A stretch of 64,000 nucleotides of DNA from an uncultured Patescibacteria group bacterium (lineage in GTDB: Bacteria > Patescibacteriota > Patescibacteriia > UBA2591 > CALHIP01): contig CALHIP010000026.1 of NCBI GenBank assembly GCA_938030745.1, positions 16,404 through 80,403 of the forward strand. Reading direction: 5' to 3'. How positions within the stretch are numbered: position 1 is the first letter of the stretch; every line of letters begins with the position of its first letter. A program made the position numbers and the translations under genes. Shown one piece after another: positions 17,585 to 27,056 of this stretch. The notes under the pieces are model-generated. The model did not search any database. It was given only the letters and a program-made list of their open reading frames with translations, and was not told where the DNA came from.

Positions 17585-20496
17585 AATAAAATTACTGAAG
17601 CAACTTTGTCTTTTTTATCTTTAAGTTTAATTAATTTAACGCCCTGAGAAACACGACCTAAAATTGGAATGCTTTTTAAAGAAATTCTTAAAATTTGTCC
17701 TAAAAGAGAAGCAATAATTAAATCACCTTTTAAAAATTCGGAAAAATTTTTTTCATCAACAAAGAATAATTTAACCAATTTTCCTGTTTTTTCTGTCAAA
17801 CGATGGATTTTAATACCAGAGCCACCCCTTTTTTGAGAACGGTAAAAAGAAAGAGGAGAAAGTTTGCCATAACCAAATTCAGTAATTGAAAAAATTTTTG
17901 CCTCAACGGATTTTTTCTTAGGTAAAACTTCTAAAGCTATTAATTCATCATCTTGGCTTAATTTTATTCCCCTTAAACCTTTTGCTTCTCTTGAAAGTTT
18001 TCTAATTTCTTTTTCTGAAAATCTAATACCTTGACCATTTCGACTAACAAGGATTATTTCATCTTCGCCGGTTGAAGGTTTAACTGAAATAAGAGAATCA
18101 TCTTTTTCCAAACCAATAACTACTAAACCACTTTTTCTTATTTTCTTCAAGTTTTCTATCTCTATTCTTTTAACCATTCCCTTTTTTGTTGCAATGATTA
18201 AAAATTTTTGTGATAATTCTGAAGAGAAATAATTTTTTGACGAAACAGCTAAAACCGATGTAATCTTTTCATCTGAATTAAGAGAGAAGAAATTGGCTAT
18301 CGCCTCACCTTTTGAGGTTTTACTTTTCTCAGGAATTTCATAAGTTTTTAATTTAAAAACTTTGCCAGAATTAGTAAAAAATAAAATTTCAGAAAGGGTT
18401 GAGGTAAAAATAAGATGAGATAAAAGATGGTTTTCTTTTGTCTTTAAAATAATTGTTCCTTTTCCTCCTCTTTCTTGAACGCGGAACTGTTCTGGCGAAA
18501 CTCTTTTGAGATAGCTGTCTTGAGTTATAACAACTATTGTTGGTTTATCAGAAATAAAATCTTCTTCTTTAAATTCTTCAACTACTGTTTTAACAATTTT
18601 TGTCCTTCTTTCATCACCATATTTCTTTTTTAACTCTATAAGATCTTCTTTAATTAAATCAAGAATTTTCTTTGGCTGAGCTAAAATCAGACTTAAATTT
18701 TCTTTTTTCTTTTTTAATTCTTCAAGTTCATCCTTAATCTTTTGCCTTTCTAATTTAGAAAGTTGCCAAAGTCTTAATTCTAAAATCGCATTGGTTTGAC
18801 TTTCAGTTAAATTTAGTTTTTCAATTAAACTAATTTTTGCTTTTTCTTTATCTTTTGATTCTTTAATAATCTTTATTACTAAAGAAAGATTAGCTAAAGC
18901 TTTTTTAAAACCTTCTAAAACATGAATTCTTTTAATAACCTTATCAAGTTCCCATTCGGTTCTTCTTTTAATAACATTCTGCCGATGGTTTATATATTCT
19001 TTTAAAATATCTTTAAGGGAAAGTGTCTTTACTTCTAAACCTTCAACGAGAGCTAAAAAATTAAAATAAAAAGATGTCTCAAGTGGAGTAAAATTAAAAA
19101 GATAGTTAAGAACCTTCTCTGGATGAGCCTCTTTTTTTAAATCAATAACAATCCTTATTCCTTCTTTATCAGAAAGATCGCGAATATTTTTAATTTCTAA
19201 GATTTTTTTCTCTTCAATTAGTTGGGCAATTTTTTCAAGAATAGTTCTTTTTTCTACTAAATAAGGAATTTCTTTAATAATAATTTGATTTATTGAATCT
19301 TTTTTGAAAATTTCAGTCTTTGCTCTAATTACTATTTTGCCTCGACCAGAACTATATAAATCTTTAAGAATTTGGCCTCCAAAAACTATTCCACCAGTTG
19401 GGAAATCTGGACCTAAAATGAAATTCATTAATTCCGAAATTTCTGCTTCTGGATGATCAATTAAATAAATCAAAGCATCACAGATCTCAGAAAGATTATG
19501 AGGAGGAATATTTGTTGCTACTCCAACAGCAATACCTGAAACACCATTTAATAAAAGAAGAGGAATTCTTGCTGGTAAAACAACTGGCTCTTTTCTTGTT
19601 CCATCATAATTAGGAATAAAATCAATTGTATTTTTCTCAATATCTTTCAACATTTCTTCACCAATTTCTGAAAGTCTAGCTTCTGTATAACGATAGGCAG
19701 CCGGTTTATCTCCATCAATTGAATTATGAACAAAAACTCCAGCTGATAAAGCAAAATTGTGCCATGGTTCAGTAGTTAAATCATAAACATCTTCTTTTTT
19801 AAAAAGAACTTTTGTTTTCGTTACTTTTTTTGTTGAAAAACCCATTAAAGAATCGCCAGGCTTTAAATCTTTAGCCTGTTTATAACTACCATCTTCAAGC
19901 ATAAAAAGATGATCTAATGTAGATTTAATCTTTTCTTTATTATCTAAAATAATTTCTATTATTCTTTCATTTTTTCGCGTCAATCTTGGATTTTTGATTT
20001 CAGAAATTTCAATTTTTTTAGTTTTATGATTAAAAGTGAATGTCTGATATTTTTTCCCTTTTTTATATTCTTCAATCAATTCTTTAAAACTTAAATCTCT
20101 TCCATCAGAAATTTTTACTTTTGTATCTTTTGTAAAACAACCGAAATTTCCTTGACCTTCAATTAATGGATATCTTAAAGAAAAATCTTGGGCCATTCTA
20201 GCTAAAGCATCATAAACTGCCATATCACCATGTGGATGATAACGAGCTAAAACAGAACCAATAATGGAAGCTGATTTTCTAAATTTAGCATTATGATGAA
20301 GCCCATCTTCAAAAGCAGCATATAAAATCCGACGCTGAACTGGTTTTAAACCATCTCTGACATCAGGCAAAGCTCTTGAAACAATAACACTCATTGCATA
20401 ATCTAAATATGAATCTTGCATCTCTTCACCAATAGCTCTTTCTTCTATTTTTTCTTTAATTCGCGATTTTGTTTCATTATTTTTTTTATTCTTCAT
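17581..20496 (-). CDS. gyrA: DNA gyrase subunit A, interrupted in frame by a mini-intein
   Basis: RALPDVRDGLKPVQRRILY…HPHGD…GQGNFG / intein / SIDGDKPAAYRYTEARL, followed by the standard GyrA body and a beta-pinwheel C-terminal domain. Confidence 0.9.
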   Translation of the reverse strand: MKNKKNNETKSRIKEKIEERAIGEEMQDSYLDYAMSVIVSRALPDVRDGLKPVQRRILYAAFEDGLHHNAKFRKSASIIGSVLARYHPHGDMAVYDALARMAQDFSLRYPLIEGQGNFGCFTKDTKVKISDGRDLSFKELIEEYKKGKKYQTFTFNHKTKKIEISEIKNPRLTRKNERIIEIILDNKEKIKSTLDHLFMLEDGSYKQAKDLKPGDSLMGFSTKKVTKTKVLFKKEDVYDLTTEPWHNFALSAGVFVHNSIDGDKPAAYRYTEARLSEIGEEMLKDIEKNTIDFIPNYDGTRKEPVVLPARIPLLLLNGVSGIAVGVATNIPPHNLSEICDALIYLIDHPEAEISELMNFILGPDFPTGGIVFGGQILKDLYSSGRGKIVIRAKTEIFKKDSINQIIIKEIPYLVEKRTILEKIAQLIEEKKILEIKNIRDLSDKEGIRIVIDLKKEAHPEKVLNYLFNFTPLETSFYFNFLALVEGLEVKTLSLKDILKEYINHRQNVIKRRTEWELDKVIKRIHVLEGFKKALANLSLVIKIIKESKDKEKAKISLIEKLNLTESQTNAILELRLWQLSKLERQKIKDELEELKKKKENLSLILAQPKKILDLIKEDLIELKKKYGDERRTKIVKTVVEEFKEEDFISDKPTIVVITQDSYLKRVSPEQFRVQERGGKGTIILKTKENHLLSHLIFTSTLSEILFFTNSGKVFKLKTYEIPEKSKTSKGEAIANFFSLNSDEKITSVLAVSSKNYFSSELSQKFLIIATKKGMVKRIEIENLKKIRKSGLVVIGLEKDDSLISVKPSTGEDEIILVSRNGQGIRFSEKEIRKLSREAKGLRGIKLSQDDELIALEVLPKKKSVEAKIFSITEFGYGKLSPLSFYRSQKRGGSGIKIHRLTEKTGKLVKLFFVDEKNFSEFLKGDLIIASLLGQILRISLKSIPILGRVSQGVKLIKLKDKKDKVASVILL
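19723..20139 (-). mobile_element. Mini-intein (139 aa, Hint domain only, no homing-endonuclease domain) within gyrA
   Basis: Starts with Cys (CFTKDTKV, block A), has TLDH (block B TxxH), and ends VFVHN immediately followed by Ser+1. Removing it restores the contiguous GyrA sequence GNFG-SIDGD. Confidence 0.8.
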
Positions 20497-20815
20497 AAGA
20501 TTTATTTTCCTGATTAAGATATTCTAAAACTTTTTCTTTTAGTTTTTTAATCTCAGGGGGTACTTTCTCTTCTTTATTTTCAATTAAATTTAAATTAGAA
20601 ATTTTAAAACTTTTTATTTCTTGGAAGATGTTTTTAAACTCTTCTAAAAAACTTGAAGTTTCTTCTTCTAATTTTTTAGGCAGGACTTCTTGATATTTTT
20701 TTGTTTTAAATGTTAAGAATTTCAAATAAACTCGCCAAAGAATAAATAAAATTATAAAGGTAGTAATAACTAAGACCCAGAGGAAAGTTTTTTTTCTAAA
20801 CTCTTTTTCTTTCAT
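20486..20815 (-). CDS. Small N-terminally anchored membrane protein, unknown
   Basis: One TM helix (FLWVLVITTFIILFILW) plus a charged tail. Confidence 0.35.
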   Translation of the reverse strand: MKEKEFRKKTFLWVLVITTFIILFILWRVYLKFLTFKTKKYQEVLPKKLEEETSSFLEEFKNIFQEIKSFKISNLNLIENKEEKVPPEIKKLKEKVLEYLNQENKSYEE

Positions 20816-21412
20816 TTAAAGGTTTGGTTTTAAAATAACTAATTTCTTTTTTTCTTTTAAAATTTCATTCTTTTTAATTTTTAATTTCTCCAATTTTTCA
20901 ATTTTTTTTAAACTAAATTTTTTAAGAAATGGCAGAAGTTCGTTTTCTTCTTTTTTATAAACAGGGATAATAATTGATGGCTGAATTTTGTTAATCATTT
21001 TGATTGTTTGGTCAATTAAATTTTTATCGAAAAGAGGTAGGATAACAATATCAACTTCATAAAGTTTTTCTATTTCTTTATCAGTCAGATTTTTAAAAAC
21101 TTCTCCAAAAAAGCAAATTTTTATATTTTCTAAATTTAAAAGATAAATTGTTTTTAAATTCTTTCCCTCAAAATGGGGAATCCCATAAATAAAAATATTT
21201 TTTATCTCATATTCGCCAGGATTAGACAAAACAAGATGACCGGAAAAATCTTTTTTCTCTTTTATCTCTTCTTCAGAGGAGAAAATAACAATTTCTGAAG
21301 TAATTCTTGGATTTTTAAAACCTAAATCTTTTGGTGAAAACGGATTAGTAATAATTGTCACTCCAGAAGAAATTATTTTAAAACAAGTGTTAGCGTACCA
21401 AATAATCTGCAT
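20816..21412 (-). CDS. MBL-fold-like protein lacking the canonical metal-binding His motif
   Basis: MQIIWYANTCFKIISSGVTIITNPF parallels the MKITWLGHSCF…IDPF pattern of UPF0173-type MBL hydrolases. I see no HxHxDH. Confidence 0.35.
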   Translation of the reverse strand: MQIIWYANTCFKIISSGVTIITNPFSPKDLGFKNPRITSEIVIFSSEEEIKEKKDFSGHLVLSNPGEYEIKNIFIYGIPHFEGKNLKTIYLLNLENIKICFFGEVFKNLTDKEIEKLYEVDIVILPLFDKNLIDQTIKMINKIQPSIIIPVYKKEENELLPFLKKFSLKKIEKLEKLKIKKNEILKEKKKLVILKPNL

Positions 21413-21430
21413 AGCTTATCTTATCAGTTC

Positions 21431-21459
21431 TTTACTGTTTTGTCAAATTTTGATATAAT
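21431..21459 (+). promoter_or_regulatory. Extended -10 promoter (TTTACT, 17 nt, TGaTATAAT) 8 nt upstream of the S1-gene ATG
   Basis: TATAAT at 21454-21459 with TG at 21451-21452. No SD before the ATG at 21468, implying a leaderless or near-leaderless mRNA. Confidence 0.45.
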
Positions 21460-21467
21460 GAATAAAT

Positions 21468-22493
21468 ATGAAAAAAATAATAAAATCTGTGATGAATCAA
21501 TTCAAAGTTGGTAATATCGTCGAAGGAAGGGTTATAAAAATAAAAAAGAATGAAATTTGGGTTGATCTAGATGGAAAGGCAGTTGGAGTTATCAGAGGAC
21601 CTCAGATTGGAAATGAAAAAAAATTAGCTGTTGGAGATAAGATAATGGCAACAATTATTGAAGAAGAAAATGAACTTGGAGTATTAGAACTTTCGACAAA
21701 AGAAATTTCTGGTCTAAAAGTCTGGGAGGAACTCAAGAAAATTAAAGAAAACAAAGAGACAATTAAAGTAAAAGTTATTGAAGCAAATAAAGGAGGGTTA
21801 ATTGTTGAATATAAAAAACTTCAAGGGTTTATTCCTTCCTCTCAACTTGCTTCAGATCATTATCCACAAGTAGAAGATAAAAATAAAGATAAAATCTTAG
21901 ATCTTTTAAAAAGATTAATTGGTAAGGTTTTAGAGGTGAAGGTTCTTAGTCTTAATAAAAAAGATAAAAAAATAATCTTTTCAGAAAAAGAGACAGAACT
22001 TGAGAAAAGAAAAATATCGTTTAAGAAATATAAAGTTGGTGATATTGTTGAAGGAAGGGTTGTTGCTTTTTCTCCGTTTGGTGTCTTTTTTGAATTTAAT
22101 GACGGTCTTAAAGGATTAGTTCATATCTCAGAACTTTCTTGGCAAAAAGTTGAAAAAATAGAAGATGTTGTCAAAATAGGAGAAAAAAGAAAGGCGAAAA
22201 TACTTTCTTTTGATAATTCGAAGATTTCTCTTTCTTTTAAAAGATTAACGCCAGATCCTTGGCAAGAGATAGAGAAAAAATACAAGGTTGGAGAAACAGT
22301 TTTAGGAAAAATTTCAAAAATCACACCTTATGGAGTTTTTGTTGAACTAGATAAAAACATTCAAGGACTAGCTCATATTTCTGAAATACCCGAAGATCAG
22401 AAAAATGAAATAAAAGTTGGTAATTTTTTAAAATTTAAAATAATTTCTTTAGAACCTGAAGATCATCGTTTAGGTCTTTCATTAAAATTATGA
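21468..22493 (+). CDS. S1 RNA-binding domain protein (ribosomal protein S1-like, four S1 repeats)
   Basis: Repeated GxxVxGxV…G(L/V)xHISE motifs occur four times. Confidence 0.75.
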   Translation: MKKIIKSVMNQFKVGNIVEGRVIKIKKNEIWVDLDGKAVGVIRGPQIGNEKKLAVGDKIMATIIEEENELGVLELSTKEISGLKVWEELKKIKENKETIKVKVIEANKGGLIVEYKKLQGFIPSSQLASDHYPQVEDKNKDKILDLLKRLIGKVLEVKVLSLNKKDKKIIFSEKETELEKRKISFKKYKVGDIVEGRVVAFSPFGVFFEFNDGLKGLVHISELSWQKVEKIEDVVKIGEKRKAKILSFDNSKISLSFKRLTPDPWQEIEKKYKVGETVLGKISKITPYGVFVELDKNIQGLAHISEIPEDQKNEIKVGNFLKFKIISLEPEDHRLGLSLKL

Positions 22494-24301
22494 AAAACAT
22501 TATTATAAATTTTTTAGTTCTTCTAATTCTCTTTTTGATCATGGCTGGTTTTTTCAGTCTTTTTAATCTTCCGACAGAAAAAGCAAAGGAAATAGGAATC
22601 ACTGAATTTATTTCTTATTTAAAAAATAAAGAAATAAAAGAAATTTTTGTAGAAGAAAACAAGATAAACCTGATCACTAAAGAAGGAAAAAAGTTCTTCT
22701 TTTTTAAAGAAGAAAAAGAAACTCTCCAAAATCTTTTAAACTATTACAATGTCCCTCCAGAAATTACTGAGGAAGTTTCTATTTTTGTTAAACCGGTAGC
22801 AAAACAAAACATTTTCCTTCAAGTTATTGTCCCAGTTATTCTTCCCCTACTTTTAATAATTGGCTTTATTTATCTTTTTACCAGACAACTTAGGGGTGGA
22901 GCTCAAGAAGCATTTAGATTTGGTGAATCAAAAGCTCGAGAAATTAGGCCAGGAGAAAAACCAAGAGTTACTTTTAAAGATGTTGCTGGAGTTAAAGAAG
23001 CAAAAGAAGAATTAAAAGAAATTGTTGAATTTTTAAAAAATCCAAAAAAATTTACTGCCTTAGGAGCAAAAATTCCAAAAGGAGTCTTACTTTTAGGAAT
23101 GCCAGGAACAGGAAAAACACTTTTAGCTCGAGCAGTAGCTGGTGAAGCAAATGTTCCTTTTTTCCATATTTCAGGTTCAGAGTTTGTTGAAATGTTTGTT
23201 GGTGTTGGCGCAAGTCGTGTTCGTGACCTTTTTCAGAGAGCAAAAAAAAATTTACCATGTATTGTTTTTATTGATGAACTTGATGCAGTCGGTAGAATGC
23301 GGGGAGCTGGTTTGGGTGGTGGCCATGATGAAAGAGAACAGACTTTAAACCAGATTTTAGTTGAAATGGATGGGTTTGAACCAAATATTGGATTAGTAGT
23401 CATGGCTGCTTCGAATCGACCAGATATTTTAGATCCAGCTTTACTTCGACCTGGCCGTTTTGATCGAAGAATTATTTTAGATATGCCTGATGTAAAAGAT
23501 AGAGAAGAGATTTTAAAAATTCATAGCCGGGGAAAACCATTAGCAAAAAATGTTTCTTTGAGAAAAATTGCTGAAAGAACGCCTGGTTTTTCTGGAGCTG
23601 ATTTAGCTAATTTAATGAATGAAGCAGCGATTCTCGCTGCCAGACGAGGAAAAAGCAAAATCTATGAAAAAGAGATTTTAGAATCAATTGAGAAAGTTCT
23701 TTTAGGTCCAGAAAGAAAATCTCATATTCTTTCAGAAAAAGAAAGAAAGGTTATTGCTTATCACGAAGCTGGTCATGCTTTAGTTGCCCATTTCTTACCT
23801 CATTGTGATCCTGTTCAAAAAGTATCTATTATTCCAAGAGGGCTAGCAGCTGGCTATACAATTAAGATGCCGGAAAAAGAAAGATATTTAAAATTTAAGT
23901 CTGAATTTTTAGATAATTTAACTTCAACTTTGGGTGGCTATGCAGCTGAGGAAGAAATCTTTGGTGAAATCACAACTGGTGCAGCTAATGACTTAAAATT
24001 AGCAACAGAGATGGCAAAAAAACTTGTCACTGAATTTGGAATGAGTGAAGTTTTAGGACCAAGAACATTTGGTGAAAGACATGAGTTAATATTTTTAGGT
24101 AGGGAGATTGCTGAACAAAGAGATTATTCAGAAAAGACTGCAGAGTTTATTGACCAGGAGATTTCAAAATTTATTAATTCTTGCTATCAAAAAGCAAAAG
24201 AAATTATTAAAAGCAAAAGAGAATATTTAGAGAAAATTGCTCAAAAACTTTTGGAAAAAGAGACATTAGAAAGAGATGAATTTTTAAAAATTTTCAATTA
24301 A
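22490..24301 (+). CDS. ftsH: ATP-dependent zinc metalloprotease FtsH
   Basis: An N-terminal TM pair, the AAA motif [23 protein letters not shown], the SRH region, and the zinc site HEAGHAL. Confidence 0.95.
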   Translation: MKNIIINFLVLLILFLIMAGFFSLFNLPTEKAKEIGITEFISYLKNKEIKEIFVEENKINLITKEGKKFFFFKEEKETLQNLLNYYNVPPEITEEVSIFVKPVAKQNIFLQVIVPVILPLLLIIGFIYLFTRQLRGGAQEAFRFGESKAREIRPGEKPRVTFKDVAGVKEAKEELKEIVEFLKNPKKFTALGAKIPKGVLLLGMPGTGKTLLARAVAGEANVPFFHISGSEFVEMFVGVGASRVRDLFQRAKKNLPCIVFIDELDAVGRMRGAGLGGGHDEREQTLNQILVEMDGFEPNIGLVVMAASNRPDILDPALLRPGRFDRRIILDMPDVKDREEILKIHSRGKPLAKNVSLRKIAERTPGFSGADLANLMNEAAILAARRGKSKIYEKEILESIEKVLLGPERKSHILSEKERKVIAYHEAGHALVAHFLPHCDPVQKVSIIPRGLAAGYTIKMPEKERYLKFKSEFLDNLTSTLGGYAAEEEIFGEITTGAANDLKLATEMAKKLVTEFGMSEVLGPRTFGERHELIFLGREIAEQRDYSEKTAEFIDQEISKFINSCYQKAKEIIKSKREYLEKIAQKLLEKETLERDEFLKIFN

Positions 24302-24303
24302 TT

Positions 24304-25152
24304 ATGACTAGTAATATTCTTAAGAAATCTTTCCAAATCATTTGGCATCATCCAATTCTTTGGTTTTTTGGTTTCCTTTCAACATTTTTTTTCTTTTCTT
24401 TAAATGAAATCTTTATAATTTTCTCTTCCTCATATTTTTTCTCAGAGTTAGAAAAAACAAAGGTCTTCTTTCTTCCGGAGGGTCAATTTAAAAATCTTGG
24501 CTCTTTTTTATTAATAATTATTTTTTTAGGTATTTTCTTATCTATTTTTTTAGCTATTTTTTCAGAAATTTTTCTAATTTTATCTGTTAAAAAGATAAAA
24601 GAAGAGAAAGATGAAAGTTTAGCTAAAAAATCTTTTAATTTTTTGCCCAAGGTTTTATTTTTAAAGATCATTTTAGTTTTATTTTTCCTTCTTTTTTGGA
24701 TAGGTTTTAATTTCTTTAAATATCTTCCTGATGTTTTTTTGTTTCTTTTTGTTTTTATTTTTTCTTTATTTGGCTTAATTTTGTTTTTTATTATTCGCTA
24801 TTCAATTTTTTATTTATTAATAGAAAAAAATAATTTGTTAAAATCTATAAAAAATGGTTTTCTCTTTTTAGGAAAGAATTTAATGTTGACTTTTAAATTA
24901 TCAATTCTTCTTTTTTTAATCTCTTCTATTTATAGTTTTGTAATGTTATCTTTTTTAGGGGGTGGTGTATTTTCTTATCCTCTTCGAATTTTTAATTTTA
25001 TTTTTAGCAATCTTCTTGGCAAATATGGTTTTTGGTTGGTTGCTCTTTTAACAGTTTTCTTTGTTTTAATTTTACAGATTGTTATTATTGGTTTAATTAA
25101 TTCTTATCAAATTGTTTGTTGGACTTATTTATTTTTGAAAAAACGTGAATAA
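24304..25152 (+). CDS. Polytopic membrane protein, unknown
   Basis: 282 aa with 6-7 hydrophobic helices. Confidence 0.4.
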   Translation: MTSNILKKSFQIIWHHPILWFFGFLSTFFFFSLNEIFIIFSSSYFFSELEKTKVFFLPEGQFKNLGSFLLIIIFLGIFLSIFLAIFSEIFLILSVKKIKEEKDESLAKKSFNFLPKVLFLKIILVLFFLLFWIGFNFFKYLPDVFLFLFVFIFSLFGLILFFIIRYSIFYLLIEKNNLLKSIKNGFLFLGKNLMLTFKLSILLFLISSIYSFVMLSFLGGGVFSYPLRIFNFIFSNLLGKYGFWLVALLTVFFVLILQIVIIGLINSYQIVCWTYLFLKKRE

Positions 25153-25288
25153 CTTATTTTTTTAAAGAACTTTTCCACATCTTTTTCCACTGTTTTTAAA
25201 TTAAAAAAATTGATAAAATAAATAAAGAAAAAGTTTTCAACAAAATTAAAGGAGTTATTATTACTACTTATTTTAAAAGTTATTATCT

Positions 25289-26392
25289 ATGAAAGGAGTT
25301 TTTCTTCAAAAAAATTTACTTGAAGGGTTAGGAAAAGTTTCTCGTTTAGCCAGTAGCGGAAAAACAACATTACCGATTTTAGGGAATATTTTATTAAGAA
25401 TGGAAAAGGGACTTCTTTACCTTACTTCAACAAATTTAGAAATCGCAATCGAAACTTATATTAGAGGAAAAATTGAAAAAACTGGCTCTTTTACCTTACC
25501 TGCTTCTTTATTTTTTAACCATTTAAATTTTCTTCCTAATGAATCTTTAGAATTAGAATTAAAAGGTGATGAACTTTATTTAAAATACAAAAACGGAGAA
25601 ACAAAGATAAAAGGTCTTCCCGCCGAAGATTTTCCTATCATTCCTCGCTTTGAGAAAAAAGAAGGAGTAAAAGTTTCTGGTAAAGATTTTAAAAAATCTC
25701 TTCAATCAGTAATGATAGCAACTTCTTTTTCAGAAGTAAGGCCAGAAATAAGTGGTGTCTTTTTTAATAAAAAAGAAAAAAAACTTTTTCTTGTTGGAAC
25801 AGATAGTTATCGTTTAGCAGAGAAAGTTATTGATCTTAAAGAAGAAAATGAATTAACAAAAAAAGCAATTGTTCCGATTAAGGCTTGTCAAGAACTTTTT
25901 AGAATTCTTAATAGTGAAGAAGAGGTAGAGATTTTTTTCTCTGAAACTCAAATTCTTTTTTCTCAAGGTCCAACAAATTTAATTTCAAGAACTATTCAAG
26001 CAGAATTTCCAAGTTATCAAGAGATTATTCCTTCAAATTTTAAGACAAAAGCTATTCTTAACCGAGAAAATTTTATTAAAATTATTAAGGGAATTGCTCC
26101 TTTCTCTCGAACCGGAATTAATGATATTTCCTTAGTTTTCCATCCAGAAAAAGAAAAATTAATTATTTCCTCCTTAAATCCTCAAATTGGTGAGGCAAAA
26201 GTAGAGATAGAAGCAGAAATCTCCGGCGAAAAAAACTCCCTTTCTTTTAATTATCAATATCTTTTAGATGGACTTTCTAATATTTTAAGTGATGAAATTA
26301 GTTTAGAAGTAATTGATGATTCTTCACCAGCTCTTATTAAACCACAACCCGAGGAAAATTTTCTTTATCTTTTAATGCCAATTAAAAGTTAA
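25289..26392 (+). CDS. dnaN: DNA polymerase III beta sliding clamp
   Basis: 367 aa with three-domain repeat architecture and the LL(R/N)…GL/LYLTSTNLE pattern. Confidence 0.8.
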   Translation: MKGVFLQKNLLEGLGKVSRLASSGKTTLPILGNILLRMEKGLLYLTSTNLEIAIETYIRGKIEKTGSFTLPASLFFNHLNFLPNESLELELKGDELYLKYKNGETKIKGLPAEDFPIIPRFEKKEGVKVSGKDFKKSLQSVMIATSFSEVRPEISGVFFNKKEKKLFLVGTDSYRLAEKVIDLKEENELTKKAIVPIKACQELFRILNSEEEVEIFFSETQILFSQGPTNLISRTIQAEFPSYQEIIPSNFKTKAILNRENFIKIIKGIAPFSRTGINDISLVFHPEKEKLIISSLNPQIGEAKVEIEAEISGEKNSLSFNYQYLLDGLSNILSDEISLEVIDDSSPALIKPQPEENFLYLLMPIKS

Positions 26393-26411
26393 TTTGATAT
26401 AATAAAATAAT

Positions 26412-26987
26412 ATGTATCTTGTCCCAACAGTTATTGAAAAATCTCCTTTTGGTGAAAGGGCTTATGATATTTATTCTCGGCTTTTAAAAGAAAGAATCAT
26501 CTTTTTAGGCGATGTTATTACTGATGCAGTAGCTAATACAGTTATCGCCCAACTTTTATTTTTAGAATCTGAAGATAAAACAAAAGATATTAAACTTTAT
26601 ATTAATACACCGGGAGGTTCAGTAACAGCTGGATTAGCAATCTATGATACAATGCAATATGTTAAACCCGATGTAGTGACAATTTGTGTTGGTTTGGCAG
26701 CAAGTATGGGTGCTGTGTTGTTAGCTGGCGGAGCAAAAGGAAAAAGATTTGCCTTACCAAATTCTGAAATAATGCTTCATCAAGTTATGGGTGGTGCTGA
26801 AGGACCAGCTATTGATATAAAAATTAGAGCTACACATATCTTAAGAGTTAGAGATAGGATCAATAAAATTCTTTCCTACCATACAAATCAACCATTAAAA
26901 AAGATTGAACAGGATACAGATCGTGAATTTTTTATGACTGCTGAAGAAGCAAAAAATTATGGAATTATTGACGAGATCATAAAATAA
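26412..26987 (+). CDS. clpP: ATP-dependent Clp protease proteolytic subunit
   Basis: [19 protein letters not shown]…[14 protein letters not shown] (catalytic Ser)…MLHQ. Confidence 0.95.
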   Translation: MYLVPTVIEKSPFGERAYDIYSRLLKERIIFLGDVITDAVANTVIAQLLFLESEDKTKDIKLYINTPGGSVTAGLAIYDTMQYVKPDVVTICVGLAASMGAVLLAGGAKGKRFALPNSEIMLHQVMGGAEGPAIDIKIRATHILRVRDRINKILSYHTNQPLKKIEQDTDREFFMTAEEAKNYGIIDEIIK

Positions 26988-27004
26988 AGATATTAAATAT
27001 TTAA

Positions 27005-27048
27005 AAGCCGAGAAACCTTTCCTGAAAGGAAAAACTCGGCTTTATTTA
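27005..27048 (+). terminator. Rho-independent terminator after clpP
   Basis: AAGCCGAG…CTCGGCTT is an 8-bp GC-rich outer stem with an inner CCTTTC/GAAAGG helix, followed by TTATTT. Confidence 0.7.
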
Positions 27049-27056
27049 ATAAATTT

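Noticed and set aside
25153-25288. Possible replication origin upstream of dnaN (TTTTCCACA-like sequences)
   Set aside because: Only one or two degenerate DnaA-box-like 9-mers, each with one or more mismatches, are present. dnaA is not adjacent. The evidence is insufficient.
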